In this document: piece by piece, positions 49,628-63,347 of the stretch | How positions within the stretch are numbered: the first letter of the stretch is position 1 | Layout: the number at the start of each line of letters is the position of its first letter | Assembly: GCF_020745735.1 (NCBI RefSeq) | Contig: NC_083419.1 | Span: forward strand, 55,152,135-55,216,134 | DNA length: 64,000 bases | Direction: 5' to 3' | Origin: Hemiscyllium ocellatum | Lineage: Eukaryota | The notes under the pieces: generated by a model | What the model was told of the DNA's origin: nothing | Database searches by the model: none | Seen by the model: only the letters and a program-made list of their open reading frames with translations | Made by a program: the position numbers and the translations under genes

Positions 49628-51547
49628 TACACACACACACACACACACACACTTCCCAGCCAATAACACAAATCAGTATTGCAAATATTGTTTTTCCATC
49701 TGTGATTTATTTTAAATCCCCCATTCACCCCATCCAGTATACTTCTGCCCTTTAAAATTTGCCAATAAACATTTGATATACAGTTGTGCATCATCTATCC
49801 ATAAGGGTGGTTGATTTTTCAATACTAAAAAGAGATCAACAACATCGAAATGCCTCATTTATCACTGCAGTAAAGGTAAAGATTAGTGCAGCATTGATGA
49901 TGTGTCATGGAGCAAGAATAAATAAGTAGTCTTTTATGTTGTTTTGACAAAGATGAGAAAAAATATGCATGAAGAGAAATTCCCTGTGTTATTTTTGTCA
50001 GCATCACAGGACCAAAACATGGCCAAACTTGACATGATGTGACATTAACAGGCATCAGAATTACAACTTTAAAAAGTTGTAATTGAAAAGGAAGAATAAA
50101 AGATTTTAAGGCAACCTTCAGTTGCAGGACAAGTGCTCACCAAACGCTAATGATATAAACTGAATGATAAATAAAAAATAATGCAAAATGAAACAAGAAT
50201 GTCAAACTCTACTGCACAAAACAGCAGGTTGAGGGCACTGCAATAGGATTACAGCAACCTTCAAAATATATTCAGGCAAAGAAACTGCAATAAGGTGAAA
50301 AGAGAAGAATAATCATGGAAGACAAAGTCAAAGCTCAAATGTACACAGGGTTGAAATTTAGTATCAATTAAACAGTTATTGTCATAAATTATTCTCCAGC
50401 CTTAACAAACACCTATCATGGAAGAAGGTGTTAATAGCTATCATCCATTGTAGAATAAATGGTTCATATTTTCTGCTGTTGAAGTTCCTGGTGCATCCGA
50501 GGTCAGATCATTCACATAATGAGAGATATAATGAACAATATCCTTGCCTCCATTGATGATCCCAACTAGAGTGAAGTTTGGAAAATGGCTGCATGTGTCT
50601 CAAGTGGTACTATAATCAGTCTGAGAAGTTACAGCTTAAAAGAGAGTTCTCAAGTGCTTTTCATGATTGTTGTAATGGCTTCCAAAGCTGATGTGATGAA
50701 AGAAGTTGGATTTATTCAATGTTTTTAAATTACCTCCGGGTATTGCAAACCAATTGATAACAAATAAAGTATTTTTGAAGTATTATCACTGTTATAACAT
50801 CATGATGGGTTAATACAAAGAATTTTATGTTCCCATAGGATTGAAGTATATCTCGCTTTTGTGATACACAGGTTCTGAATCTGGTTACTAAGTGCACTGC
50901 TCTGTCCTCTTGGGAAACACAGTGTAGTATCTTCATTTAATGTCCCCTTTTCATACATAATGTGATTGAATTTGTACCAATTATCAGTGAGAGTTTTGAA
51001 AGAGGCAGTGATGCTGAAGCTTGATGCTTGCTCAAGGGATAGTTCTGCCAAGTTAGTTAAATTGTCTGCAGATCAAACTGTAGCAGATGGTATAGTTATG
51101 TAATAATCAGTCTGTTGAAGCAGGACTGTATATAGGTAAACTCATGATAAGTGATGTGTGCAAACTAAATACCTCAGGTTTTATGGCATCTGCTTTTGTT
51201 GTGCCCTTAGGAACTTGTCTTCCCCATTTAAATCATGCCTATCATTGGAATCCCTTGGAGAATTCCATCACAGGAACATAAGAAATGTTGATGCAAAAGA
51301 CCACGGTCCATCATGATCACTTTATACCTGACACTGTTAGTCATCTGATAATTGAGATATTGACTAACTGTAGCGATCAATTAATTATTCCATCATAGAT
51401 CTATATTTAGGGTGAGGAAAATCTCAATGGGTGAAGAGCTTTAAGGATCATGAGGTAGATTGTGATTTTGAGCAACTGTGCAAGCAATTGGTAAACCCGC
51501 AGTTTGTCTTCATGTCTCCTGAAATAAAAAATGGGGAGAGATATACA

Positions 51548-52156
51548 ACTAGGAGTTGGGAGATCATGCTGCGGCTCCACATGATATTCGTTCATCCACT
51601 ATTGGAGTATTGCATGCAATTCTGATCTACCTCGTATAACAAGGATGTTGTGAAACTTGAAAGGGATCAGAAAAGATTTATAAGGATGTTGCCAGGATTG
51701 GAGGGTTTGAGCTATAGGGAGAGGCTGAAAAAGCTGGGACTGTTTTCTCTGGAGCATCGGAGGCTGAGGGATGACCTTACTGAAGTTTAGAAAATCATGA
51801 GAGGGCTGGAAAGGATAAAAAGGCAAGGTCTTTTCCCTGGTGTGGGGAGTCCAAAGCTAGAGGGCATTGGTTAAGGTGAGTGAGGAAAGATATAAAAGGA
51901 ACCTAAGGGGCAACGTTTTTCACACAGAAGGTGGTGTGTGTATGGAATGAACTGCCAGAGGAAGTGGTGGAAGCTGGTACGAATAGAAGATTTAAAAGGC
52001 ATCTGGATGGGTATATCAATAGGAAGAGTTTAGAGGGTTTTGGGCCAAGTGCTGGCAAAAGGGACCAGATTAGGTTAGGATATCTGGTCGGCATGGACGA
52101 GTTGGACCGAAGGGTCTGTTTCCGTGCTGTATATCTCTGCTACTCTAAGACTCTAT
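51548..52156 (+). mobile_element. CR1 (HER1-like) 3' fragment
   Basis: RSWEIMLRL..PLLEYCMQF, VWNELPEEVVEAG. Confidence 0.9.
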
Positions 52157-53124
52157 AGCTTGCTATCTCCCAACATATGCAATCAAACAAGATGAAGAAG
52201 ACAGGGAGATTTACGGAATGGATTTTAGATGCTATGAAAACTTTCAGGTGACCACAAAGAGATTTTAAGCTACAGCATCCGTTTGATCGTCATTTGATAT
52301 CATGCCTTTGGAAAAGAGTTGAAACCAATGATTGGAATGGCTTGCTAGAGGATTGTTTAAGAACCAAAAGTCACTTAAAATGCCAGTTCACCAAGAATTG
52401 GCAATAAATTTTGATGGCTTCTAACAGCAACCAACTGAACAGGAGTTAACATGGTATTGTTGTCAATTTCATGTGCCGTTAATGGAATACTCACCACCCC
52501 ATGTTCATTGCTGCTGAAGTTATGAAGAGACTATTTGAAATATTTTGGGAGACTTTCTGGAACACTTTACCAAGACTTCACCATCACTTCTGTATCTTAC
52601 CGAGTGCTCTATAAGAGTCACTCAGAAAAAAAATCCTTAACCCTAGCCCTCTTACTAAAGATGACCTTTGATCTAGATGATGAATTAGAGGATACAAGGC
52701 CCAGCAGAACAGCACCAGCTGCTACAGAATAGCATTGCTGGTTCCCTTTATGACAGTACTTATGATTATAATGGCGCCAAACAGTTTCTCACTTTGGAAC
52801 AACTTTGCTTGTTTGACTACCTACTTGCTGAATTTTCTACTGGAACTGGATTCTTCCAAGAACAAACACACCGATTCCATTTCAGAGGCAATATGAGTAG
52901 TTATTCTTCAATCCTGCAAAACTACATAACTGCCTCAGTCAAATATTTGATTACAAACCTATTCCTAAAGATGATTCCCTTCTGATATTCCTTCATCAAA
53001 ATTATAAGTTTAGAACTAAACAGTCCAGAAGAGACTCAGATAACTCTCTTGTCCTCAATCCTGAAGAGTATATAAAGTTCTTTTAAGCTGCACAAATGAT
53101 CACTTTTTGTTATAAGTGTAGTAA

Positions 53125-53482
53125 ACAATGGCCCAGTGCTATTATTGCTAGATTATTAATCAAGAAATTCAGGTAGTGTTCTGAGAACCTGAGTTTGAAA
53201 GCCAATGTGACAGATGGTAGAATTTGAACTGAATTTAAAAAATAATCTGGAATTAAGGGTCTAATGATGACCAAGAAATATTGCCGATTGTCAAAAAAAC
53301 CCATCTAGTTCACTAATATCCTTTAGAGAAGGAAACTGCCATCCTCACCTGGTCTGACCTTTATGTGATTCTAGACCCACAGCAATGTGGTTGACTCTTA
53401 ACTGCCCTCTGGGATATAAGGAACGGACAATAAATGCTGGCTTAGCCAATGATGCCCACATCCCGTTAATGGATTAAAAAAA
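53125..53482 (+). mobile_element. Second SINE family (tRNA-like head, LINE-type tail)
   Basis: gttcactaatatcctttagagaaggaaa..ataaatgctggc..gcccacatccc..A-tail; several copies in the window. Confidence 0.65.
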
Positions 53483-55414
53483 GAAGCTTCCATTTATTTT
53501 AACAAAGCTAAATTAACTTGGTGTGCTTTGTGCAAATTATTCTCGCATAATCTGATATTACATTGCATGAAAGATTTTCAAATACATTTTTATTTGTCAT
53601 TATTGTTCTGTAAAGCAATTTAAAAGTAATGCTATGTAAAGTGGTACATAAATTTTACAACACAAATTTGTTTGAACTTTATCAAATGCAAAATGAAATA
53701 TATCAAGTCAATGTCTTTAATCTCTTCCCTGCATGTAAAAATCGACAAGGCATTGCTCATTTATTATGCACATTGGTATGGATGTTGTTTATAGTCATGC
53801 ATTATACATGAATGCTACAATGAGTAAACATGAAGGAAAAGCATAGGCTAATATTTCTTTCAGTTTAAAAATAGTGGCCAATAAATTTTTCTTTAATAAT
53901 CAGACTTTACCTACTGACAAAATGGGGGTCATGGAAACTATTTGAAGGTGTAGCAATGTGCAACAGTGATTCTGAGTCAGAGGGTCTATAAAATTGTTGT
54001 TTAAGCAGGTTTGAGTTAATTATGAATAGCCATGATCATGCTTAACTAATCAAACTGAGTTTTTTTTTGCTGAAGTAATGGAGAAGATTGGTGAAGTGAA
54101 TGCTGTCAATATTAGACACTTAAAACCATTTAGACAAAAAAAAACAGAGGCTGAGTGTGGATCTGATTATGCAACACAAAGATAAACTTGCAGGTTCCTG
54201 CCACTAATACCCATTTATCCAGTTGTTTTAACCTTAATGAAAAAAAAAACAAATCTGTAAAGCTTCTGATAGCCAACACATTAACCTGTTTGCCAAAAAT
54301 TAGTTAGATGAAATTAAACAGAGAGCATCCTTTATAACATGGGATACTTATTTCTCAATACTTCAGTCTCAAGTAAAAGTCGTAACTGATGTCCTCTGCT
54401 GACTGATTCCACTGTAACTTATATATCAGCCGAGAGTATCTCTGCATTGACTTCCCTTCATGCCTTAAGCCATTATCTCCAGAGGCCCCACAAATATCCA
54501 TTCATTCCATTTTTCTTAGTTTTCTGCTTACACTGCTGTGCAATATTATCTCAAGTTAGTTGCCAGTTGAGTGGAGGACTTGTAGGACAGTAAATAGGAT
54601 CCTTACCTCTGAAGCTTTCTGTTGGATTCCCATTGCGGGACATGTCTTTGGAAGGTGTTTCTAAACAGATTGATTTGTCAGCCTACAACTCATTCTAATA
54701 CACCAATTACAGGCAGCAATAAGAGAAGAGAACCCCGGTCAACCATGTTTCATTCAAAGTGATATCCCTCAAACTACAGCCTCGAACCTCTCATTAGTGA
54801 TGGAAAAATACTGTGGAAAGCAGACATAATGATTGTCTGCCTCATGCATGTCGAGATGTCAGAGTATTCTAAGCCTTAGTCCATTTGTCCCATTATTGAG
54901 GATTCTTTCCCTAATATCGTGAAAGCCTTCACAATGTTTGGGAATTGTCTCCCTTTGAGTGGGTTTCTTTTCCCATTGTTGAGAGCTTGTACCTATTTTA
55001 TACGCTTTTAATGCATCTTTCCTTAGCCTTGAGCTTTCCTAATTATTGGAGGGAATTATTTCTCAGTTCTTGAGGATGTTGTTTCACCATTTTTATGTTT
55101 GCGATGTAGCATTTTTTATGCTAATGAGTGAGTCGGTGGGCTATGTCAGAGGACAGTTTATGAGTCAGCCAGGTTGGAGTGTGTGGTATTGCATGCAAGC
55201 CAGAGAAGATCAGGATGGCAGATTTTCATCCTCTCGGGAGGATTAGTGAACCAGATGGGGTTTTACAGCAAACTGGTAGTTTCATGTTGCTGGTGTGCTA
55301 CTTGACCATGTCTGAGGATCATTAATCTTGGCCCCTACTTTGCTAACGGTATCACCATGCTCCAATTCCTGTGGTGAAGTGACAGTGACTACTCTTGGCG
55401 GTCAATGTACATGT

Positions 55415-55733
55415 AGAATTAGAATTAAAATTAGAATTTCCACAGTGTGGAAACAGCCCTTCAGCCCAACAAGTCCACACTGACCCTCCGAAGAGTAACC
55501 CACCCAGACCCCATTCTCCTACCCTATATTTTACTCCTTCCCTATAAGCAATTTGTCATGGCCAATTCACCTGACCTGCACATCTTTGGATTGTGGGAGG
55601 AAACCGGAGCAGCCAAAGGAAACCCACGCAGACACGGGGAGAATGTGCAAATTCCACACATACAATCGCCCGAGGCTGGAATTGAACCCGGGTCCCTGGC
55701 GCTGTGAGGTAGCAGTTCTAACCAGTGCTGCCC
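55415..55733 (-). mobile_element. HE1 / V-SINE
   Basis: Full length. Confidence 0.9.
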
Positions 55734-55734
55734 C

Positions 55735-56460
55735 ATTTGGTCAAGTCTAGCATCAAAGAGCCCTTCATACCCAGTACCAAGGAAGATGGTTGTGCTTATT
55801 GAAAACCATTCATTCAGACATAGGACATCATTACCTTCAGGTAGTGTCTTAAACTTAATCATCTTCTGTTGCTTCATTGATGACCTTTCCTCCTTTATAA
55901 GGTCAGAGGTGGGGATGCCATCAATAATTACACCACATTCAGTATGATTCACAGTTCCTCAGTCACTAAAGCATTCCATGTCTAAATGCACCAAGACCAA
56001 GATAACATCTATGCTTGAGCTGATAATTGGCAAGTAACATTCGCATCACAAGAATTCTGGGCAACAATCATCTTCAACTAAAAAGATTCTTTTCTTGGCA
56101 TTCAATGGGATCACTACCTCTGGAGAACAATTAACATATCCAGGAAGCTACTACTGATGAGGACCAGAACTGGGCCAGCTGTGTAAATCCAGTGGCTGCA
56201 GAGTCAGGTCAGTTGCTGGGAATTCAGTGCAAAGTGACTCACTTCCTGACACCTGAAAGAACATTCCTAATCTACAAGGCAGAAATCAAGGGTATGATGA
56301 AATATATCCCAATCGCTTGGATGAGACAACATACAAGAAGTCTGATGTCATCCAGAAGAAAAGCAGACTGCGTGATTGCATCTCATTCACCACTTTCAAC
56401 ATTTACTCCTTCACCGCTCATGTAAAGTGGAAGCAATGAGTACCATCTCCACCCTGCACA
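55735..56460 (+). mobile_element. CR1/L2-group LINE fragment
   Basis: Same family as 28210-29150. Confidence 0.65.
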
Positions 56461-56583
56461 CTCAGCAGTTGGATCCTAGGAATTAAATGATATCCACTCA
56501 GAGTCTAGCTGGAGATTGTAGTGAGAAGCCCTGACCACAAACAGAAGTAGTACAGAATAAGTGATTGGCTCAGACAAAATGAG

Positions 56584-56796
56584 CTGAAAATGTGTTGCTG
56601 GTTAAAGCACAGCAGGTTAGGCAGCATCCAAGGAATAGGAAATTCGACGTTTCGGGCACATGCCCTTCATCAGGAATCTGTGCAGTGAGAGAAAGACTCA
56701 CTGAGATCCTTGTAGAGGGAGGAAGAGAGCTTCTTCAAGGAAGGCATCCTTGCAAGAGGATTCGCAGTAGGTTAAAATCTTTGGGTAAAAATGAGG
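56584..56796 (-). mobile_element. Penelope-derived hammerhead element with extra internal segment
   Basis: 14-bp TSD tcagacaaaatgag at 56570-56583 and 56797-56810; intact motif at 56642-56677. Confidence 0.85.
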
Positions 56797-57390
56797 TCAG
56801 ACAAAATGAGGTCCTGCTTCTTTGACTGATGTCAAAACACTGATCCATATAGCCCAGCATTGGTCCCCATTTGTTGTTATGGTTAGCTGTACCCTTTGTA
56901 ACGTGGCACTGTTGAGTAAACCAGAAACGATTCCAGAGGAATGTAGACAGCACCATCATCCTCACCAAGGAGGGGGAGAGGGGAGGTGGAGGAGGGGGAG
57001 GAGGTGCATTATGATGAACTATAGAGCTCTTAGCCAGTGATGCCCTCTACTGCCTCATTCAAGCACATGACTACAATATCACCAGATTTCCAATGCAAAC
57101 CCTTCTCCTCTACACCCACCAACCCCCACCCTCCTCCCACAGTCACCCAACATCTATCACCTTCATGCCCGTTGTCCTTATTAAGATGGCTCATTCCCCT
57201 CCCTGGAATGAAGCTGACGACAGTAACTGAGGATCCAACATGATATGACAATGCATATCTCATAAAATTATGATTTAACTTAAATAAAGAGAATTAATAT
57301 TTCAATGACACAATAATAAGCATCAAAATAATTCCTTTGGTGCAACTTAGGCCTTTTCCTCATCTGTTTTCTATTAAGCATGGCCTTACA

Positions 57391-60300
57391 CTAAGTCTGC
57401 GGTAGTTAGTAGAGCGGGTTCTTTCTTGATTATATGTTTTATTGAGATATATCTCTTGATTAAACTTAAAATATAAGCCATAATATTAATTTAACCTGGA
57501 GCAGTGTTTTGTCGAGGAATAAGACAGTGTTATTTTCTGGGTCTGTAGATTGTGAAGGAGCAAAAATGGCTTTTGGAAGAGTGATATGCTCTTCTTGCCA
57601 GGTGGGGGAGTTTAGGGAGAGTTTACAGGTTACTGAGGATTATATCTGCAATAAATGCTGTTGGTTGCGAATCCAATCGTATCGAATGGATCGGTTGGAG
57701 AGACAGTTAGAGGCAATGAGGAATTTACAAGAACAAGGGGATGTGATGGACAGCAGTTATAGGAAGGGGGAAAAACCACAAATATAGTCACATAGATGGG
57801 TTAACTCCAGGAAAGGTAAGAGAGGTAGGCAGGTAGTGAAGGAGTCTTCTGTGGCTATACCCATTTCAAGTAAGTATACTGTTTTGGAAAATATGGGGGA
57901 CGATGGATTCTCAGGGGAACGTAGCATGAACAGCCAACTTTTTGGTATTGAGACTGGCTCTAATGCAATGAGGGTACGTCGGGTTCCAAGAAATCAATTG
58001 TGTTAAGGGACTCTTAGTCTGAGGTAAAGACAGACGTTTCTGTGGCCAGCAGTGAAAAAGCAGAATGGTGTATTGTTTCCCTGGCATCAGGATCAAGGAT
58101 GTCTCAGAGAGGGTGCAGAATGATCTTAAGGGAGAGAGGGGCCAACAGGAAGTCATTGTCCACATTGGAACCAACGACATAGGAGGGGAAAAGGTTGAGA
58201 TTCTGAAGGAAGATTACAGAGAGGTGGCACGAATTTAAAAAGGAGGTCTTCGAGAGTAGTGATATCTGATTACTCCCGGTGCTACGAGCTAGCGAGGACA
58301 GGAATAAGAGGATAGAGCAGATGAATGCATGGCTGAGGAGCTGGTATATGGGAGAAGGATTCACATTTTTGGATCATTGGAATCTCTTTTGGGGTAGAAG
58401 TGACCTATACAAGAAGGACAGATTGGACCTAAATTGGAAGAGTACTAAGACACCGTCAGGGAGATTTGCTGGAACTGCTCGGGAGATTTTAATTAGTAAG
58501 GTGGGTGTTGGGACCCTGGGAGTTACTGAAGATATAGATCAATTTAAGACTGGTACAGTTGAGAAAAGAAGCAAGTCAAGCAGTCAGGGCAAGCAGGGAC
58601 AAAGCAGAGAACAAGGCAGGACTGATAAATTAAACAGCATTTATTTCAATGCAAGGGGCATAACAGGGAAGGCAGATGACTCAGGGCATGGTTAGGAACA
58701 TGAGACTGGGATATCAAAGCAATTACAGAAACATGGTTCAGGGATGGATGGGACTGGCAGCTTAATATTCCAGTTAACAGATGCTACAGGAGGGTCAGAA
58801 AGGGAGGCAAGAGAGGAGGGGGAGTGGCGTTTGGTTAAGAGATAGCATTACAGCTGTACTGAGGGAGGATATTCTCGGAAATGCATCCACGGAAGTTATT
58901 TGCGTTGAACTGAGAAATAAGAAAGGTATGATCACTTTACTGAGATTGTATTATAGACCCCCTAATACTCAGCGTGAAATTGAGAAAGAAATTTGTAAGG
59001 GGATCTCAGTTATCTGTAGGAATAATAGGGTGGTTATGGTAGGGGATTTTAATTTTGCAAACATAGACTGGGACTGCCATAGTGTTAAGGGTTTAGATGA
59101 AGAGGAATTTGTTAAGTGTGTACAAGAAAATTTTCTGATTCAGCATGTGGATGTACCTACTGGAAAAGGTGCAAAACTAGACCTACTCTTGGGAAATAAG
59201 TCAGGGCAGGTGACGGAGGTGTCAGTGGGGGAGCACTTTGGGGACAGCAACCATAATTCTATTTGTTTTAAAATAGTGATGGAAAAGGATAGACCAGATC
59301 TAAAAGTTAAAGTTCTACTTTGGAGAAAGGCCAATTTTGACAGTAATAGGCAAGAACTTTCAAAAGCTGACTGGGGGAAAATATTCACAGGTAAAGGGAC
59401 AGCTGGAGAATGGAAAGCCTTCAGAAATCAGATAACGAGAATCCAGAGAAAGTATATTCCTGTTAGCATGAAAGGGAAGGCTGGTAGATTAGATTAGATT
59501 AGATTAGATTAGATTAGATTAGATTAGATTAGATTAGATTACTTACAGTGTGGAAGCAGGCCCTTCGGCCCAACAAGTCCACACTGACCCGCCGAAGCGC
59601 AACCCACCCATACCCCTACATTTACCCCTTATCTAACACTACGGGCAATTTAGCATGGCCAATTCATCTGACCCGCACATCTTTGGAGTGTGGGAGGAAA
59701 CCGGAGCACCGGGAGGAAACCCAGGAAATGTTGGATGACTAAAGAAATTGAGGGTTTGGTTAAGAAAAAGAAGGAAGCATATGTCAGATATGGATAGGAT
59801 AGATCGAGTGAATCTTTAGAAGAGAATAAAGGCAGTAGGAGTATTCTTAAGAGGGAAATCAGGAGGGCAAAAAGGAGACGTGAGATAGCTTTGGCAAATA
59901 GAGTTAAGGAGAATCCAAAGGCTTTTTACAAATATATTAAGGACAAAGGGTAACTAGGGAGAGAATAGGCCCCTCAAAGATCAGCAAGGTGGCGTTTGTG
60001 TGGAGCCACAGAAAGTGGGGGAGATACTAAATGAGTATTTTGCATCAGTATTTACTATGGAAAAGGATATGGACAATATAGAATGTAGGGAAATAGATGG
60101 TGACATCTTGAAAAAGTGTTCATATTACAGAGGAGCAAGTGCTGGATGTCTTGAAACACATAAAAGTGGATAAATCGTCAGGACCTGATCAGGTGTATCC
60201 GAGAACTCTGTGGGTGGCTAGGGAAGTGATTGCTGGACCTCTTACTGAAATTTTTGTATCATCAATAATCACAGGTGAGGTGCCACAAGACTGGAGGTTG

Positions 60301-60956
60301 GCTGACGTGGTGACACTGTTTAAGAAGGGTGGTAAAGACAAGCCAGGGAAGCAGGAACCAGTGAGCCTGACGTTGTTGGGCAAGTTATTGAAGGGAATCC
60401 TGAGGGACAGGATGTACATGTATTTGGAAAGGCAAGGACTGATTAGGGATAGTCAACATGGCTTTGTGCATAGGAAATCATGTCTCACAAACTTGATTGA
60501 GTTTTTTGAAGAAATAACAAAGAGGATTGATGAGGGTAGATTGGTAGATGTGATCTACATGGAGTTCAGTAAGGCGTTCGACAAGGTTCCCCATGGGAGA
60601 CTGGTTAGCAAGGTTAGATCTCACGGAATACAGAGAGAACTAGCCTTTTGGATGCAGAAATGGCTCAAAGGTAGAAGGCAGGGTGGTGGTGGAGGGTTGT
60701 TTTTCAAACTGGAGGCCTATGACCAGTGGAGTACCACAAGGATCAGTGATGGATCCACTTCTTTTCATCAATTATAGAAATGATTTGGATGTGAGCATAA
60801 GAGGTAAAGTTAGTAAGTTTGCAATTACACCAAAATTGGAGGTGTAATGGACAGCGAAGAAGGTTACCTCAGATTACAACAGGATCTTGATGAGATGGGC
60901 CAATGGGCTGAGAAGTGGCAGATGGAGTATAATTCAGACAAATGCGAGGTGCTCAG
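57391..60956 (+). mobile_element. CR1 (HER1-like) LINE, 5' UTR to mid-RT, 3'-truncated
   Basis: ORF1 from 57566 (CxxC..CxxC finger; SGNH esterase blocks GDS, VHIGTND), APE (YFNARG, YRPPN, VGDFN, LDLLL), RT at 60139-60956. Confidence 0.95.
59487..59723 (-). mobile_element. 5'-truncated HE1 SINE with expanded (TTAGA)n tail, inside the CR1
   Basis: About 11 TTAGA units at 59487-59541. Confidence 0.9.
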
Positions 60957-60959
60957 ATT

Positions 60960-62700
60960 CTCCAGGAGGTTTTTTGGTGGTCGTCATCAGTACAAATGTC
61001 TGAGAGTATTAGAGATGGACACCTCCATTCTCCTTGTGAGGGTGCACATTGTGCCTGGAAACTCTGTCAAAATCTTATATTTCCCAGTGATGTTCCGACA
61101 AATACCCCTTCGGCGTGTGACTAGAGACTCAGAGCTGTGTCCAGCTGCAATGAACTTGAAATATTCTGTTCCCTTTGGGAATGTTCCACTGCTGTTCTTA
61201 TCTCCAGCCTGGGGTGGGGTAGCCTTTCCACACCTTACCTCCAGCCTGTGGATCTTTTACTGGCACCTTCAATTACTCTGTCACTGCTACCATTTTGTTA
61301 ATTCTTCAATGGAGAGCATTCATTTCCTGACCAAGTGCCTTATCATGCTTACCTTCCTTGATTGGAGACAAAGTCCAGAAATTGGCAATCCAATTACCCT
61401 CTGTTGGAACAAAAGGAATCTCTTGGACAGATGACATTGATCACCATTCACAATGATGTGCACCCAATTTAGTTGACTTCAAAAATGGTGCCAATTCTTA
61501 GGAAATCTCTTTCACATGTTCAAGATAACCAGTATGAAAACTAACAATTTCAGTGACTGAAATTGAGCTTGGAATAATAGGTGAACTGAATCAATGCTGA
61601 AAATACTTTTAAGCTTTTTTTCAACTGCTCAGTCATTATTTGTAGATATTCTGTACAGAGGTCCTAAAACGTGGATAGTTAGAATATGGATGGATATCAC
61701 TGTTCTTTCTTTCCCATAGAAAATCCATCCAAGTTTAAAACAAAACTTGCATTTTCAAATGTCTTTCATGGTTCTAGATGCCCCAAAGCATTCAGAACCT
61801 AAGCACCTTTGAACTGTGGTTACTACATCAATGTAGAATCAACATGTGGAAATCCTCAATGCCCACTCAGTCTTGATGCAATTTCCAACTCTAGGTAGAA
61901 CACCAGCTCAATGAGAGGGAAATGTAACGCGTACATCCAAGGAGTTAAAGTCCCAACGTTAACCAGTTAGCCTCAAAAGATTTTTTTTGTGGCAGTGATC
62001 GAAGTGAAGACATAGATTGGTGGGGAGAGTAATGATGAATGAATCATTTGCACATTTTGGTCACGGTGCTTGTGACAGTTACTGAATTCAGGTTGCTGGG
62101 TGTGATTTAATTTGAATGATGTGTCACTTGCCTCTTGCTGATGATAAGCTGATCCATCTGCCTCAGGACTGAAAATTGTTTTTGGTTTCTGTATTTTCAG
62201 TGGCACTTGATCCAATCAGCACTGCCACTTTGGATGGTAATTGCTTGAACCACATTTGACTTTTCTTTTAACTTCTGGATTGATGATGCCTTTCTGAAAC
62301 TGTCATTTGAGAAATGCTGCTTTCGCAACATTCTTTACTCCCAAGTGGAGCTCTTTCTGAACAGTGAGTGGATGCAGAGTGTTTTTGTATCTGGTGTTCA
62401 GTTGGGGTCAAGGTGCCTGCAAGGAAGGGCAACTAGTTGATCCCTCCTATACCTGAAAGAACCATTTTGTTGAGTTCAAGGTGAAAATTATTTGTTCTTT
62501 TGCGAGAGTGATTTCAGGAACTTCTCAACATTGTAATACGTGAGCAAGCTGTCTGAAAGACTCCGGAAATGACCCGCTGTGATTAATGTCTTGACAACTT
62601 GGGCCACAATATCTCAGCAACAACCATTCTCAGCTTTATCCTTTTTTCCTTCTTGAATAACTTATTGCTATCAATAATTTTCATTTATGAAAGCCAATTT
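60960..62700 (-). pseudogene. Highly decayed Gypsy-type pol (integrase) remnant
   Basis: Weak motif traces on the minus strand (FQKGIINP, H..CHKHRDQNV, VKDP..W); limits approximate. Confidence 0.35.
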
Positions 62701-62827
62701 TTCTCTCTTTTTCTGAGGTGCATGTGTGTGTTTTGGTAATATTTCGAGGGATAAACATTTATATTTCCACATTCCTGGTTGTATATCACCTACGTATTTG
62801 CATTTTCATTGAGTAAGTTTGTTTTAT

Positions 62828-63200
62828 AGAGTCATACAGCATGGAAACACACCATTCAGTCTGACTCATCAAAGCCAAGGAAGCTTCCCAAACTAAACTA
62901 GTCCCATTTGCATGTATTTGGCCCATATCCTTCTAAACCTTTCCTATTCACATACCTGTCCAAATGTCTCTTAAATGTTATAACCATACCTGCATCTACC
63001 ACTTCCTCTAGCAGTTCATTCTACATACAAACCACCCTCTGTGTGAAAATGTTGCCTCTCAGCTGCCTTTCAAATCTTTCACCTCACCTTAAAAAGATGT
63101 CCTCTAGTTTTGAACTCCCCTACCCTAGGCTAAAGATCTTTGCAATTCACCTTACCCCGTGCCTTGCATAATTTTATAAACCTCCTTAAAGTCACCCCTC
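62828..63200 (-). mobile_element. CR1 3' fragment
   Basis: gagtcatacagcatggaaac tail; aagtcacccctc. Confidence 0.85.
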
Positions 63201-63224
63201 TTTCCGCAGAAAACTGATTGATAG

Positions 63225-63347
63225 ATGTGATTTGGAGATGGTGGTGTTGGACTGGGGTATACAAAATTAAAAATCACACAACACCAGGTTATAGTCCAAC
63301 AGGTTTGTTTGGAAGCACTTAACCTAATGTTGTATGATTTTTAACAT
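63225..63347 (-). mobile_element. Penelope-derived tail (family of 1-91) with short inverted piece
   Basis: aaaatcacacaacaccaggttatagtccaacaggttt followed by inverted aacctaatgttgtatgattttt. Confidence 0.65.

Noticed and set aside
60847-61434. 195-aa ORF as a novel fusion protein
   Set aside because: Chance read-through from the truncated CR1 RT into unrelated sequence
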